Positions 1 to 11,989 of a stretch of 64,000 nucleotides of DNA are shown here, piece by piece. Position numbers and translations under genes: made by a program. The DNA is from Vicugna vicugna (lineage: Eukaryota), in assembly GCA_013265495.1 (NCBI GenBank), contig MU057930.1, positions 1,690,057 through 1,754,056 on the forward strand. The letters run 5' to 3'. How positions within the stretch are numbered: the stretch's first letter is position 1; every line of letters begins with the position of its first letter. The notes below the pieces were generated by a model. The model searched no databases. It saw only the letters and a program-made list of their open reading frames with translations, and was not told the DNA's origin.

Positions 1-2954
1 GTCACAAATGTGAATATGTTATAAAGCATCCTCCAAACTTCAATCATTGTACAAACTTTCATCCAACTTTATGTCCAAATCTGTCTTGAGTAAGTCTTTT
101 GGGAGCGGAAAAAAACTCATAAAAAGGTGGTTCCCCCCCCCCCCCGTTTCTTACTGTTTTTTGCCTCCATCTCCAAATCCCCAGTTAGGATATTTTTGCT
201 TTCGGTACCATTTCTTTCTTACAAAACGTCACGACATACACCCATTTCAATGAATGCTTATTAAGTAGCCGTGGCTGCCTGCAGCAGCGTTTATACGAAG
301 GCAGAATAAAGCCCCTAAAATCACAGAAATCAGAACGGACGTCTTCACACGCATCCCTAACCAAAGGTGACAGCCTTCCCAGGAGCTCTCGGGGAACCAG
401 CTTCTCAAACCTGAAACAAAATCCGAACGGAAAGGGTCTCACATCCGTTAAGGGAACAGGGCTTCGCAGAAGTTCGCCGAGCACCTACCTGTGCAAAGTG
501 GAATACGGGAGCCAAAGGGGATTAGGAACCAATGGCCTGGCTCAAAGGAAAGCAGCAGGAAGGGGTGGTTTTTGTCATTGTGGTTGCCGTCCCGCAGTCA
601 TTAGGGCTCACAGCCCCACAGCCTGAGATGCCACATGACAAGGTTGCACGTTCAGGGCTCATCCCACAAATCACACGCTGTCTCAAGCTCACGGGGGCGG
701 ATGTGGGCTTGGCTGTGAGGAGCGGGCAGGTTCAGACATTACCAGGCGCTCCCTTATTTAATTAGCAATTACTAATTGGTGCTTCCTGCCCGGGAAATGT
801 TCCGGGTCCCCTGCATTCATCCCTCTGTGCTCTACACGCTTTTCTGGTAAAATGGATCGCGGCCTGCTTGGGAGAAAAGCCTCTTTCACGCGGCTTTATG
901 CAGGAAAACGGGCCGATAATGGCCGTTTGGGTGCCGGGTAATCACCCCAGGACAAGCCTCTCTCCCCTCATTAAGGAAAAGAGGTGATTAACGTCTGCAG
1001 GCTGCAGACCCTTTCCGGCAGCGTTTGCTCCGGCCGCCTCCCTCCCTCCATCTGCTGCCCCGCAGGCGCCTATCTGCCCATTGTTTGCTGCGCAGAAAGG
1101 CCTGAGCATTTGCAACGTGTGCTAAATCCACCAGCTTCTATTCAACCAGCGCCCCTCCCTCCCCGGCAGAAACCTGACTGCCGTCACCTCCCCGAGGGCA
1201 GTCTTATTAACATTCGGTGCCCTGGCAAGTCCCACTTCTTGAAAAGATCACGCCACTGGAAGGTCTGGTCTTCGGGATTCTGACCTCTTTCCAAAAGTCC
1301 CCAGTGAAACAGCTCCCCAGGCGCGTCTCTGAAGTTGAGCAAATGAACCTGCTTGGGGTTGTTTTTGAAGCTGGGGTTTCCACAGCATCTGCCCTGGCGT
1401 CTTCACATACTCAAACACCCAGGGGTTAATTATGTTTTGTTTTACTGCTTTTTTTTTTAAATTTAAATGATCAAGGGGTCCAAGTCCCCATCGCAGGTGC
1501 AGAAGGAGTGCAAGGCATTGGATTTATTTTCTCTATGAGAGCAAATGCCTTTTCTCTTCTGATGGTCAAAATGCAGTGCTTGAGATAATGGAGACATGGG
1601 ACGCATGTGGGGTTTCCCAGCATCGACTGTCGGATCGACATGTGAGCAGCTGATCGATTTGCAGACAGCCACACACTTGTGACCAAAGACAGAGACGTCC
1701 CTAGAAGTCAGTTTCTCAGATGAGTATATGAGGTTCTTTACACGCCGTAGACGAATTCGTGGAAGCGGCCCCTTGCCTGGCTGAAACCAGAGATTTTTCA
1801 ACAAATGGCTCCTTTCATGGACAGGCATTCTCGGCTCCAAAATCCTCTGAGCATGTCAGCTGATGAAACATTGGCTTTTGAGATTTACTGTCTCTGAAGC
1901 GAAGCTTGTAGATCAGTAAGCGTCTGGCCCCCGCCCCCAACAACTGAACAATGAACGACGGACACAAAAGAGACCATTTGAATTCAGACAGATTAGTGAC
2001 CAGATGGATGCCGGGCTTCACTCAAAGCAGTGGAAGGAACAAGACACACACACACAAACACACAACTTTTAAACATGGTTCATGGAAAAGATGCTGGAAA
2101 AACCCAAATCCCATTTCCCCGCCTACATGTTAAATGAAATGAGTATCGTGAGCTTTTGTTTGCTCTTCCTATCACTGTGGAATAGAATGTGGCAGGCTTT
2201 TAGGAGAGGTAATCATGACCTAAATGCCCCTCGCTGTTTTGCACTGCAAGAGCTGAGGTGCACGGCTCCAGGTCACGTGGCTTTGCATCCACTTCAAGGC
2301 AACGGTAGGGAATGCAATGGGGTCACACGTCTTTAATGCCCCAAATGACTGCCTTTCTTTTAGGGGATAATTCATTCCATAAGCACAATGGGCATTTTTT
2401 TGGGGGGGTAACCATTAACCAGAATACAATTACTAAGTGAATATATATATATATATCTTTTACATGTTCAGGCTGTATATGCAGCAGAAATTGGCAGCAT
2501 TAACTTACGGTTTCAACTGTGTTTCTATAAGGACTCTACATACACGTACCTGTATCTCCATACGTTTACTTTTGCAGAATGACCTACTTTTTACAAATTT
2601 TGTTTCTTCGGGGTGGTGTGAGGATTCGCAACAGATAGCAAATCCCAGCCTTTATTACATCAGAACCCGTCCCTCTTACCTGTATATACATACATGTATC
2701 TGTGCACGAGTGTGCGTACACACGATGTTTAAATTTAATGGAGTACAAGCAAAAAGGAGATGTTTCAATAAAAATTTGTTTCAGTGAGGAGAGACAGACT
2801 TGACTTGAGGTCACACGCATGAAGCCCAGACAGAAATCTGCGTGATGACAATCAGGGCAGAGGTAGAAATACGAAAAGCACTCAAAAGGGTGGAAGGGAC
2901 AGAAAGCTCTATATTATATTAATGATGGGCCTCCCTGCATTATTGTCATGATGG

Positions 2955-3080
2955 TTTCTTGCAGGATGTTGAATGTCACTCCCTTTACTATACAGTAGGA
3001 CCTTGTTGTTTATCTGTTTTGTATATAGTGGTGTGTATCTGCTAATCCCAAACTCCTAATTTTTCCTTCCCCACCCCTCA
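2955..3080 (-). mobile_element. LINE-1 3' UTR fragment
   Basis: 'tatacagtaggaccttgttgtttatctgttttgtatatagt...ctaatcccaaactcctaat' matches the L1 3' UTR copies at 33640-33720 and 57510-57590. Confidence 0.8.
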
Positions 3081-4488
3081 GCATTTAAAAAAATTTTTTA
3101 AATATCTGTATTTCCTTCTAATTTATAGATTTTTTTTTTAGCAGTCACACACAGACACACAGACACACGCACACAATATACCAAGTCTCTTTTAAGTCAG
3201 ATGCATTTGTGGGACTTCTACGAACCCGTGACCCCATCTTCACATCTCTGGACACACCCTGCCCGCATCCTTCAGCCGGCGAGTCTACCCCATTGCACAT
3301 AACTGCCCTGGGGTGTGCCTTGCGTTTCTATATTTTGTTGCCTTTTTATATGCAGTGCTCTCCAGCCAGGATGCCGTACACAGGGGCGCCACGGTCCTGT
3401 CATCTGCCTTCTGCCTGTACGTATGGCCTCACGCCAGACCACACTGTTTGTCCGGGGTCCAGCCCCTTAGGCAGGAATCCCCTGCAGACACAGACACAGG
3501 CCGTGCCCTTCCAGCTCTCACCCGCTACCCACGCGGTCCCTTTCCCAGTCGGTCCTCATGGTCTCAGTTCTCTCACGACAGCAAACCCGCTCTAAGTGAC
3601 TTTCTGTTACAGACCTTACCGCCCTATGTGAAGGCTGTCTGCTCAGAGGTCAGCAGCAGGGTTACTGGCTTCTCTAGATTCAGAGTCCGTCAGCCTCGGA
3701 TGTGAATCCACGCCAAAGGCTTGGGCATGTTACGCCAGAGGGCAAAGCCCCACTTTTGTCAACTGTGGGACTGAGAAACGATGCAGATGGTAAAGAAAAC
3801 GCGTATGCTCTGTAAGTGCAGAGGGGGTGGTGAATAACTTTGCATGAAGGTGGAACATACTTATTTATTCAGTTTGTTTATTAAGTGTTGACTACGAGCT
3901 TAGAGTCTAAACAGAAAGGCAGGACAAAAATATGTCACACTTTCAATCACGCTGGGAAAATCAAGGAGATGCTTATTCATCCAATATTTACTACATACAC
4001 ACAACGACCCAAGTAATGTGCTCAAAGCTGAGGGACAATGATGCATTATTTGAGTGGATTTCTGTAGACATTTTGAAAACCTACCTGAAACTTATTTAAA
4101 AATTGTGGGCTGCAATTTGTTTTCAGTAAGAATACTGTAAAACTTACTAGAATCAAAACTCGTACATTTTGCCATCAAAGTTTACTTATAGGGCATACAG
4201 AAGATACAAATTTTGTCCCTCTGTGGTGTTCAGGTCACTATGAACTGCATATAAGAAAAGCGAGGACTTTTACAACTTGATGTTACAAATGATGAAACAT
4301 AATTTTTCTAATTCCTTTTAAAAGGGCACACATTCAAAACACGCTGCTCTGTTTAGATACACTCACCTACCCGCAACTGCAAAACTAGAGTGATGGTGGT
4401 GGTGTTTCCTGGGACTTACTGTAAGATACTCTATGTGGGCAGACAACAATTAACCTGGTTTGTTTTAATTTTTCCGTGAGATGATCAG

Positions 4489-5442
4489 AAACAACCCAAT
4501 CCAAAAATGGGCAAAAGACTAAACAAGCAATTCTCCAAGAAAGAAATACAAATGACCAATAGGCACATGAAAAAATGCTCAAAATCACTAATTACCTGAG
4601 AAATGCAAATGAAAACTACAATGAAGTATCACCTCACACCAGTCAGAATGGCCATCATTCAAAAATCCACAAATGACAAATGCTGGAGAGGCTGTGGAGA
4701 GAAGGGAACCCTCCTACACTGCTGGTGGGAATGCAGGTTGGTGCAGCCACTGTGGAAAACAGTATGGAGATTCCTCAGAAGACTAGGAATATGCTTACCA
4801 TATGACCCAGGAATCCCACTCCTGGGCATATATCCAGAAGGAACCCTACTTCAAAATGACACCTGCACCCCAATGTTCATAGCAGCACTATTTACAATAG
4901 CCAAAACATGGAAACAGCCTAAATGTCCATCAACAGATGACTGGATAGAGAAGAGATGGTGTATTTATACAATGGAATACTATTCAGCCATAAAACGATA
5001 ACATAATGCCATTTGCAGCAACATGGATGTCCCTGGAGAATGTCATTCTAAGTGAAGTAAGCCAGAAAGAGAAAGAAAAATACCATATGAGATCGCTCTT
5101 CTGTGGAATTAAAAAAAAAAAAAAGAACATAAATACAAAACAGAATCAGACTCACAGACATAGAATACAAACTTGTGGTTGCCAGGGGGCAGGGGGTGGG
5201 AAGGGACAGACTGGGAGTTCAAAATTTGTAGATACTGACAGGTATATGCAGAATAGATAAACAAGATTATACTGTATAGCACAGGGAAATATATACAAGG
5301 TCTTGTGGTAGCTCACAGCGAAAAAAAATGTGACAGTGAATACATGTATGTTCATGTATAACTGAGAAACTGTGCTCTACATTGGAATTTGACACCACAT
5401 TGTGGAATGATTATAACTCAATAAAAATGTTTAAAAAAAAAA
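4489..5442 (+). mobile_element. 5'-truncated LINE-1 (ORF2 C-terminus, 3' UTR, poly(A))
   Basis: ORF 4603-5001 has the L1 ORF2 cysteine-rich motif [18 protein letters not shown] and [16 protein letters not shown] lies at about 5420 and an A-tail at 5433-5442. Confidence 0.97.
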
Positions 5443-6320
5443 GAACAACTGAATGTAATAAAAACCACACATTCTTTTTCAACTCTATCACAATCCAGGG
5501 ATGTCTACCAGCTCACATAATCTTTTTTTGTACTCAGAAATAGTCCTGAGCTTTCCAACACTGGTTTTTCTCTGGGAAACTTGCAACATAATTAAGAAGA
5601 CTGTTCTAATTACAACAAACACTGGGAAGATCTTCCAGGAGATAACACACAGATTAGCAACAAGTGAATGGGGTGACCTGCAAATGAGTGAAAATCCGAA
5701 GAGGATGGTTTCAGTACTAGAAAGGGTTATCGAAGAAAGAAGATGGTATTTTCCAGCACTGAGTGTGAGCAAATTGGGAATATATCTTCTGTGCATCACA
5801 CACTAAATCTGTCCCTTTGGGTGAATGCTTTGACCAGGCTCCCTGTCTCATCCACTTCTCAATTATTAAACAGGACGTGTAGAATTGTTCGAAGACCACT
5901 ATTTTTGTAAAGTTTTTGCTATTTTTCTTGCCAAAGATGTCAGGGTCCTATGCCCATGACTCTCGAGTCCCTGTCACCCTCAATCATAATGCATCCTTGG
6001 GTTGGATCTTCATTCAAATCATTTTCCTTCTTACAAGACCCCGAATGGTAGCTGATTTCAAAACCCGATGGAAGACACTGGAAGAGGATTCCACCAACTG
6101 CGGAAGATGAGATCGTTGCATGTCTGTTTTCACGCAACAGGAGACACACCTGGCTTGTGATCGGTCGTAAAATCCCCTTGTCTCCCTCACTGTGCTAAGC
6201 TGTATTGTTAGAACCAGCATTGTCATTTATGTTAACTGTGTCCTCATGACACATGAAGATACAGGCAAGACTTTACTGAGAAATTAGGAGGGCAGGAATT
6301 AACGATTCCTCTCTGAGCAC

Positions 6321-6462
6321 AGGGAGGGCCTAGCTCAAGTGGTAGAGCGCATGCTTAGCACACACAAGGTCCTGGGTTCAATCCCCAGTGCCCCCTCTAA
6401 AAATAAATAAGTAAACCTAATTATCTCCCCGCCAAAAATAAAAAAATAAATAAAAAAATAAA
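6321..6462 (+). mobile_element. tRNA-Ala-derived SINE (Vic-1-like)
   Basis: A-box 'tagctcaagtggtag', B-box 'gggttcaatcccc', then 'aaacctaattatctcccc' and an A-rich tail. Degenerate TSD (aacgattcctctctga / aaagatttacctctga). Confidence 0.9.
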
Positions 6463-6620
6463 AGATTTACCTCTGAAAAGAAAAACATTAATGTAACAAC
6501 AACAAAAAAATTAAATGTATCACATACCAAAACAGTTAAGGGCAAATTCATCCCCCAAAAGAAGATAAGCCTCTGTTTTTAAAGATTAGACATTAATCAA
6601 CTCTAATTGTGCCAATTCTC

Positions 6621-6866
6621 TTTTTAAAAAAATTTTGGGGGGAAGGTAATTAGGTTTGTCTGTTTATCTGTTTATCTGTCTATGTGTCTAATCTATGTAT
6701 ATTTCTTTCTTTCTTTCTATCTATGTACCTATCTACCTACCTTTTCATCCACCTAACCACACATCCATCCATCCATCTATCCGTCCGTCCGTCTGTCCAT
6801 CCATCCATCTAATCAATCTATCAATCTATCAATCAATCTATCTATCCATACATCCAACTACCCATC

Positions 6867-6919
<53 letters not shown>

Positions 6920-7014
6920 ATGTATCTATGTTAATGGAGGGACTGGCAATTGAGCCCAGGACCTCGTGCATGGTAAGTACACACTTTACCACCGAGCTAT
7001 ACCTTCCCTCCCCC
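6621..7014 (-). mobile_element. tRNA-derived SINE (Vic-1-like) with internal microsatellite expansion
   Basis: SINE head at about 6935-7014 and SINE tail at 6621-6657. TSD ctaattgtgccaattctc (6603-6620) / ctaattgtcccaattctc (7015-7032). Confidence 0.9.
6658..6930. repeat. (TCTA)n/(TCCA)n compound microsatellite
   Basis: Visible tetranucleotide arrays. Confidence 0.95.
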
Positions 7015-7546
7015 CTAATTGTCCCAATTCTCCATGTAACAACTTTTATCTCACAAACTTTTGCTTAAACAAAGCAATTCTCCAGAGTCAAAAACATCTA
7101 GTCTCCCATACCCACACAGCGTGTGGAACACCTCTGGTCTGTTCCGTTTCGCCCATTACCCTTGTGTTAAATTATCGTTAACTTTGCAATGGCCAAAAAG
7201 CAAAAGCCGAACAGTCGTTGGAGTCCACCGTGGGGGAAAAGTACCGATTTTAAAATAATGACAATGTAGTAAAGATAAAATATTAACAAACACATGGAGT
7301 TAGCTGAATGCTCATTCAACAGATCCTTTATGGACATCTGGAATATTCCAGGCACTGGTTGTCCTTACAGTGAAGAGAAAGCCACGAACGGATACACTAG
7401 ATCTCTGACTGCCTGAAACTTCTATTCTAGTGTGTGTAGACTGACAATATACACATGAAAACCAAGTACTGCATGTTCTATGAGTTTCCTATTGCTGCTG
7501 TAAGAAATTAGCCCCAACCTAGTGGCTTCATACACACCTATTTCTT

Positions 7547-8019
7547 TTTTTTTTTTAATTGAGTTATAGTCAGTTTACAATGTTGTCTCAATTTCTGGTG
7601 CACAGCGCAATGCTTCAGTCATATATGAACATACATATATTCATTTTCACATTCTTTTTCATCATGAGTTACTATAACATCTTGAATATATTTCCCTGTG
7701 CTAGACAGTATAAACTTGTTTATCTATTGTATATATACCTGTCAGTATCTGCAAATCTCAGACTCCCAGTCTGTCCCTTCCCACCCCTCTCCCCAGTGGC
7801 AACCATAAGTCTGTGTTCTACGTCTGTGACTCTGTTTTTGTTTTATATATAGGTTCATTTGTCTATTTTTTTTTAGATTCCACATATAAGCGATCTCATA
7901 TGATATTTTTCTTTCTCTTTCTGGCTTACTTCACTTAGAATAACATTCTCCAGGGACATCCATGTTGCTGCAAATGGCATTATGTTGTCATTTTTTATGG
8001 CTGAATAGTATTCCACCAC
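7547..8019 (-). mobile_element. 5'-truncated LINE-1 inserted in MLT1
   Basis: T-tract then the L1 3' UTR in reverse. Perfect 15-bp TSD acacacctatttctt (7532-7546 / 8020-8034). Confidence 0.95.
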
Positions 8020-8330
8020 ACACACCTATTTCTTATCTTACAGTTTTGGACATCAGAAGTCTAAAACACTTCTAAAGGGATGTTTTCTTTCTGAACCGTA
8101 GTGGAGAACATTTTGTTTGCCTTTCCCAGCTTCTACGAGCCCTGGAGACTCCTTGTCTCCTGGACTCACTTTCATCTACCATGCCGCTTTCAACTGAATT
8201 CCGCTTTCAACTTCAGCTCCTCTCTGGGTCTGACCCTCTAGCCTTTCTCCTAGAAGGATTTTTTATTATTATTACATTGGGCTGACCTGAACACCTGAGG
8301 AAGCTCTCCTCAACTCAAGACCCTTATCTT

Positions 8331-8831
8331 TTTTTTATATGAAAAATACTTACTTATGTTTAGTAAGTCCTCTATTTTAAAGACAAAAATACACAATCCC
8401 AACACTTATTGAACCATTACTATGAAGCAAGCACTATGATAAGAAGTTTATCCATACTATCTCATTTAATCCTCAGAAACATCCTATGAAAGATGCATTG
8501 TTATCTTGATTACTACAAATGAGGAAACTAAGATGCAAAGAGGACCCTAAGGAAGTGACGTTGCTGGAATGTAAGTCTGGCTCTACCAACACCAAATTCT
8601 ATGTGTTTATCCATCATGTTTTGCTGAGTACAGTGGTTCTGTTCACAAGGATTTACAGGTTTATTCATTTGAGTTTGGTAGTATGAAGAAAGCTACTTTC
8701 TTTGGTTCACGGAATTATATATATTTTTTATTAGAGAATAAGACTGTATAATGCTTGTTTTGCCTTGTTTCCTTACAAAGGCAAAACCAAGTTTTGGTAA
8801 CTGCGTTTAGCCTGTTCCCAATTTCCACTGT
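8331..8831 (-). other. TSD-flanked poly(A)-tailed retrocopy of non-L1 sequence (orphan transduction or 3' UTR retrocopy)
   Basis: TSD aagacccttatctt (8317-8330) / aagaccctcatctt (8832-8845). T8 tract at 8329-8336. No L1 sequence inside; it contains a MIR. Confidence 0.75.
8400..8620 (-). mobile_element. MIR SINE (inside the retrocopy)
   Basis: 'aacacttattgaac...atctcatttaatcctca...acaaatgaggaaactaag' is the typical MIR core. Confidence 0.85.
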
Positions 8832-9461
8832 AAGACCCTCATCTTAATACATTGCAAAGTCCCTCTTCCCGTGTATGGTTGACCAGGAAACCCCTCTTAT
8901 TAATACACACCCCCAGGTTCTGGGGGTTAGGATGGGGACATACTTAGGGGGCTGTGATTCTGTCTACCCCAGGCTGCGATCCTGGTTGAGTTGGGTACAC
9001 CATCAACAGTCCTCTGACTACGGCAAACTGAATCCAACCCAGGTGGTTTCTTTGTTTTATTTTTTTTAAACTCTGAATGGTGGGCTTCTCCCATTCGACC
9101 ATCATGCAAGGAAAAGGTCAGTTAAACTTTTTCAGTCGATGACACAAAATAAGGATGCATATGAAAGCACGTCTGTGTTACAAAGCTCCACGTAAGTGTG
9201 AGTAGCTATTGTCATCTCTGTGCTGCAAAATACTTGTTAAGGGCTTGGGGGTGATGATGATTACAAATAAAAAGCCTATAGTATATCCTGTTTAATTTAC
9301 CTTCAGTCAAAGGCACAATCAGTACTTTCAAAGCAGGGAAAATTTACCCGAGGGCTGTAGTCTACAAGAGTCTAGGTTTCAAACCATACACAGTAAATTA
9401 AAAAGATCTTCTAGTTAAAAAAGAAATTATATATATATATATAAAATGATTTGAAAAATTT

Positions 9462-10475
9462 CATTATGTCATCATTTTTTATGGCTGAGTGGTATTCCAT
9501 TGTATAAATAAACCACCTCTTCTTTATCCAGTCATCTGTTGATGGACGTTTAGGCTGTTTCCGTGTCTTGGCTATTGTAAACAGTGCTGCTATGAACATT
9601 GGGGTGCAGGTGTCTTTTTAAAGTAGGATTCCTTCTGGATATACACCTAGGAGCTGGATTCCTGGGTCATATGGTAAGTCTATTCCTAGTCTTTTGAGGA
9701 ATCTCCACACTGTTTTCCACAGTGGCCGCACCAAACTGCATTCCCACCAGCAGTGGAGGAGGGTTCCCCTTTCTCCACAGCCTCTCCAGCATTTGTCATT
9801 TGTGGACCTTTGAATAACAGCCATTCTGACTGGTGTGAGGTGATGCCTCACTGTAGTTTTGATTTGCATTTCTCAGATAATTAGTGATATTGAGCATTTT
9901 TTCTTATGCCTATGGATCATTTGTGTGTCTTCCTTGGAGAATTGCTTGTTTAGGTCTTCTGCCCATTTTTTGGATTGTGCTCTTTGCTTTGTTCTTATCA
10001 CGTCATATGAGCTGTTTATATATTCTGGAGATCAAGCCCAAGATGGATGTCCCTGGAGAACATCATTCTAAGTGAAGTAAACCAGAAATAGAAAGAAAAA
10101 TACCATATGATTATCACTCATATGTGGAATCTAAAAAAAAAAAAAAGGACATTAATGAACTCATCTGCAAAACAGAAACAGACTCACAGACATAGAATAC
10201 AGACTTGTGGTTGCCAGTTGGGAGGAGGGTGGGAAGGGACAGACTGCGTGTTTGAGATTTGTAGATACTGTCAGGTATATATATATAGAATAGATAAACA
10301 AGTTTATACTGTCTAGCACAGGGAAATATATTCAAGATCTTGTAATAGTGAAAAAGAATTGAAAATGAATATATGTACATTCATGTATGACTGAAGCATT
10401 GTGCTGTACACCAGAAATTGACACAACATTGTAAACTGACTATAACTCAGTAAAAAAACCCCTCAAAACCAAAAA
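9462..10475 (+). mobile_element. 5'-inverted (twin-primed) LINE-1
   Basis: 9462-~10038 is minus-strand ORF2 (ORFs 9411-9599 and 9618-9869). About 10043-10458 is the plus-strand ORF2 end and 3' UTR, continuing from where the inverted piece stops. Confidence 0.9.
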
Positions 10476-11203
10476 ATAATTTCAAAAGATAATACATAGC
10501 ATAGAATTATTTCATTATCATCCCATCCATTTCAAGGTTGCCACACCTGACAGCCAAGGGCAGAAAATGCTAAAAATAGGAATTCAGTGGGAACCATGTT
10601 CAGTCCTCTTCCCAGTCTCCTGACCTGGAGCTGCAGCTCAAATCTGACTCTGCTACGTTGCAAAGGAACCCGGGAGGGAGGTGCCACTGAGTTCCTTCAG
10701 GTGCAGATTCTCTTTGTCTCCTCAGCACATTTAGCAAAGGCAGCTCTACCCAGGGGAGCTTGGACCATCCTCTCCCAGGTTGCATGATGCTTTGAGTCGG
10801 GGAGGGTGGGGCCATCTCAGAACGTGGGTCAGGGATACCCCTGCACAACCCTGAGTTCTCAAAGCAAAAATGGCAATGGGTGCACTCCATCCCAGACCAC
10901 AGGATCAGAATCTGATGCTCCAATCCTGGGGTAGATGGGAAAATCCAAAAGGGGTCCCCAGTCAGAGGGGCGCTGCTCCCCACAGTGGCACTGGGCATCT
11001 GCAGCTCTCCTGGGGTTGGTCTTTTAAGAATCAACTTAGCACCGCCAAGGTAGGATTCTTCCAGGTTCAAGAGTGTCCACAGTCATAACCTGAGAGGCAG
11101 AGTCTCTGCTCAGGGAGGTCATTGCCAACTTTGGTATATGATTCTTTTTTTCCCCCCGGTGCTTAGTGGCAGTTTGTTTGTTGTTTATTCATTCATTCAT
11201 TAC

Positions 11204-11989
11204 TTTTTTTTATTCAGTTATAGTCAGTTTACATTACAATGTTGTGTCAATTTCTGGTGTACAGCACAGTGTTTCAGTCATGCATAAGCATACATAGATT
11301 TGTTTTCACATTCTTTTTCACTGTATGCTTCTACAAGATATTAAATATAGTTCCCTGCGTTCTACAGTATAAACTTGTTTATCTATTTTATATATACCAG
11401 TCAGTATCTGCAAATCTCAAACTCCTTGTTTATCCCTTCCCACCCCCATCCCCCCTGGTAACCCTAAGTTTGTTTTCTATGTCTGTGAGCCTGTTGCTGT
11501 TTTGCAAATAATTTCACTGCCATCTTCCTTTCATATTCCACATATAAGTGATATCATATAGTATTTGTCTTTCTCTGACTAACTTCACTTAGTAGGATAA
11601 TCTCTAGGTCCATCCATGTTGCTGCAAATGGCATTACTTTATTCTTTTTTATGGCTGAATAGTATTCCATTGTATAAATATACCACCTCTTCTTTATCCA
11701 GTCATCTGTTGATGGACATTTAGTCTGTTTCCATGTCTTGGCTGTTGTAAATAGTGCTGGTATGAACATTGCAGTGCAGATATCTTATTCAATTTGAGTT
11801 TTCTCTGGATATATGCCCAGGAGTGGGACCGCTGGATCATAGGGTAAGTCTATTCCTAGTCTTTTGAGGAATCCCCATACTGTTTCCCACAGTGGCTGCA
11901 CCAACCTGCATTCCCACCAGCAGTGTAGGAAGGTTCCCTTTTCTCCACAGCCTCTCCAGCATTTGTGATTTGTGGACTTTTGAATGATG
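11204..11989 (-). mobile_element. 5'-truncated LINE-1
   Basis: ORFs 11554-11769 and 11785-12003 encode ORF2 C-terminal motifs. 3' UTR and T-tract at about 11204. Confidence 0.95.

Larger units (their letters stand above)
7474..8971 (-). mobile_element. MaLR LTR (MLT1-type), split by two insertions
   Basis: Segments 'gtttcctattgctgctgtaagaaatta...', 'tatcttacagttttggacatcagaagtc' and 'ggttctgggggttaggatggggacata' are collinear once 7547-8019 and 8331-8831 are removed. Confidence 0.8.

Noticed and set aside
4603..5001. L1 ORF2-like ORFs (also 9618, 11785, 54434, 60293) as active genes
   Set aside because: All are 5'-truncated fragments under 1.1 kb lacking the promoter, ORF1, endonuclease and RT domains.
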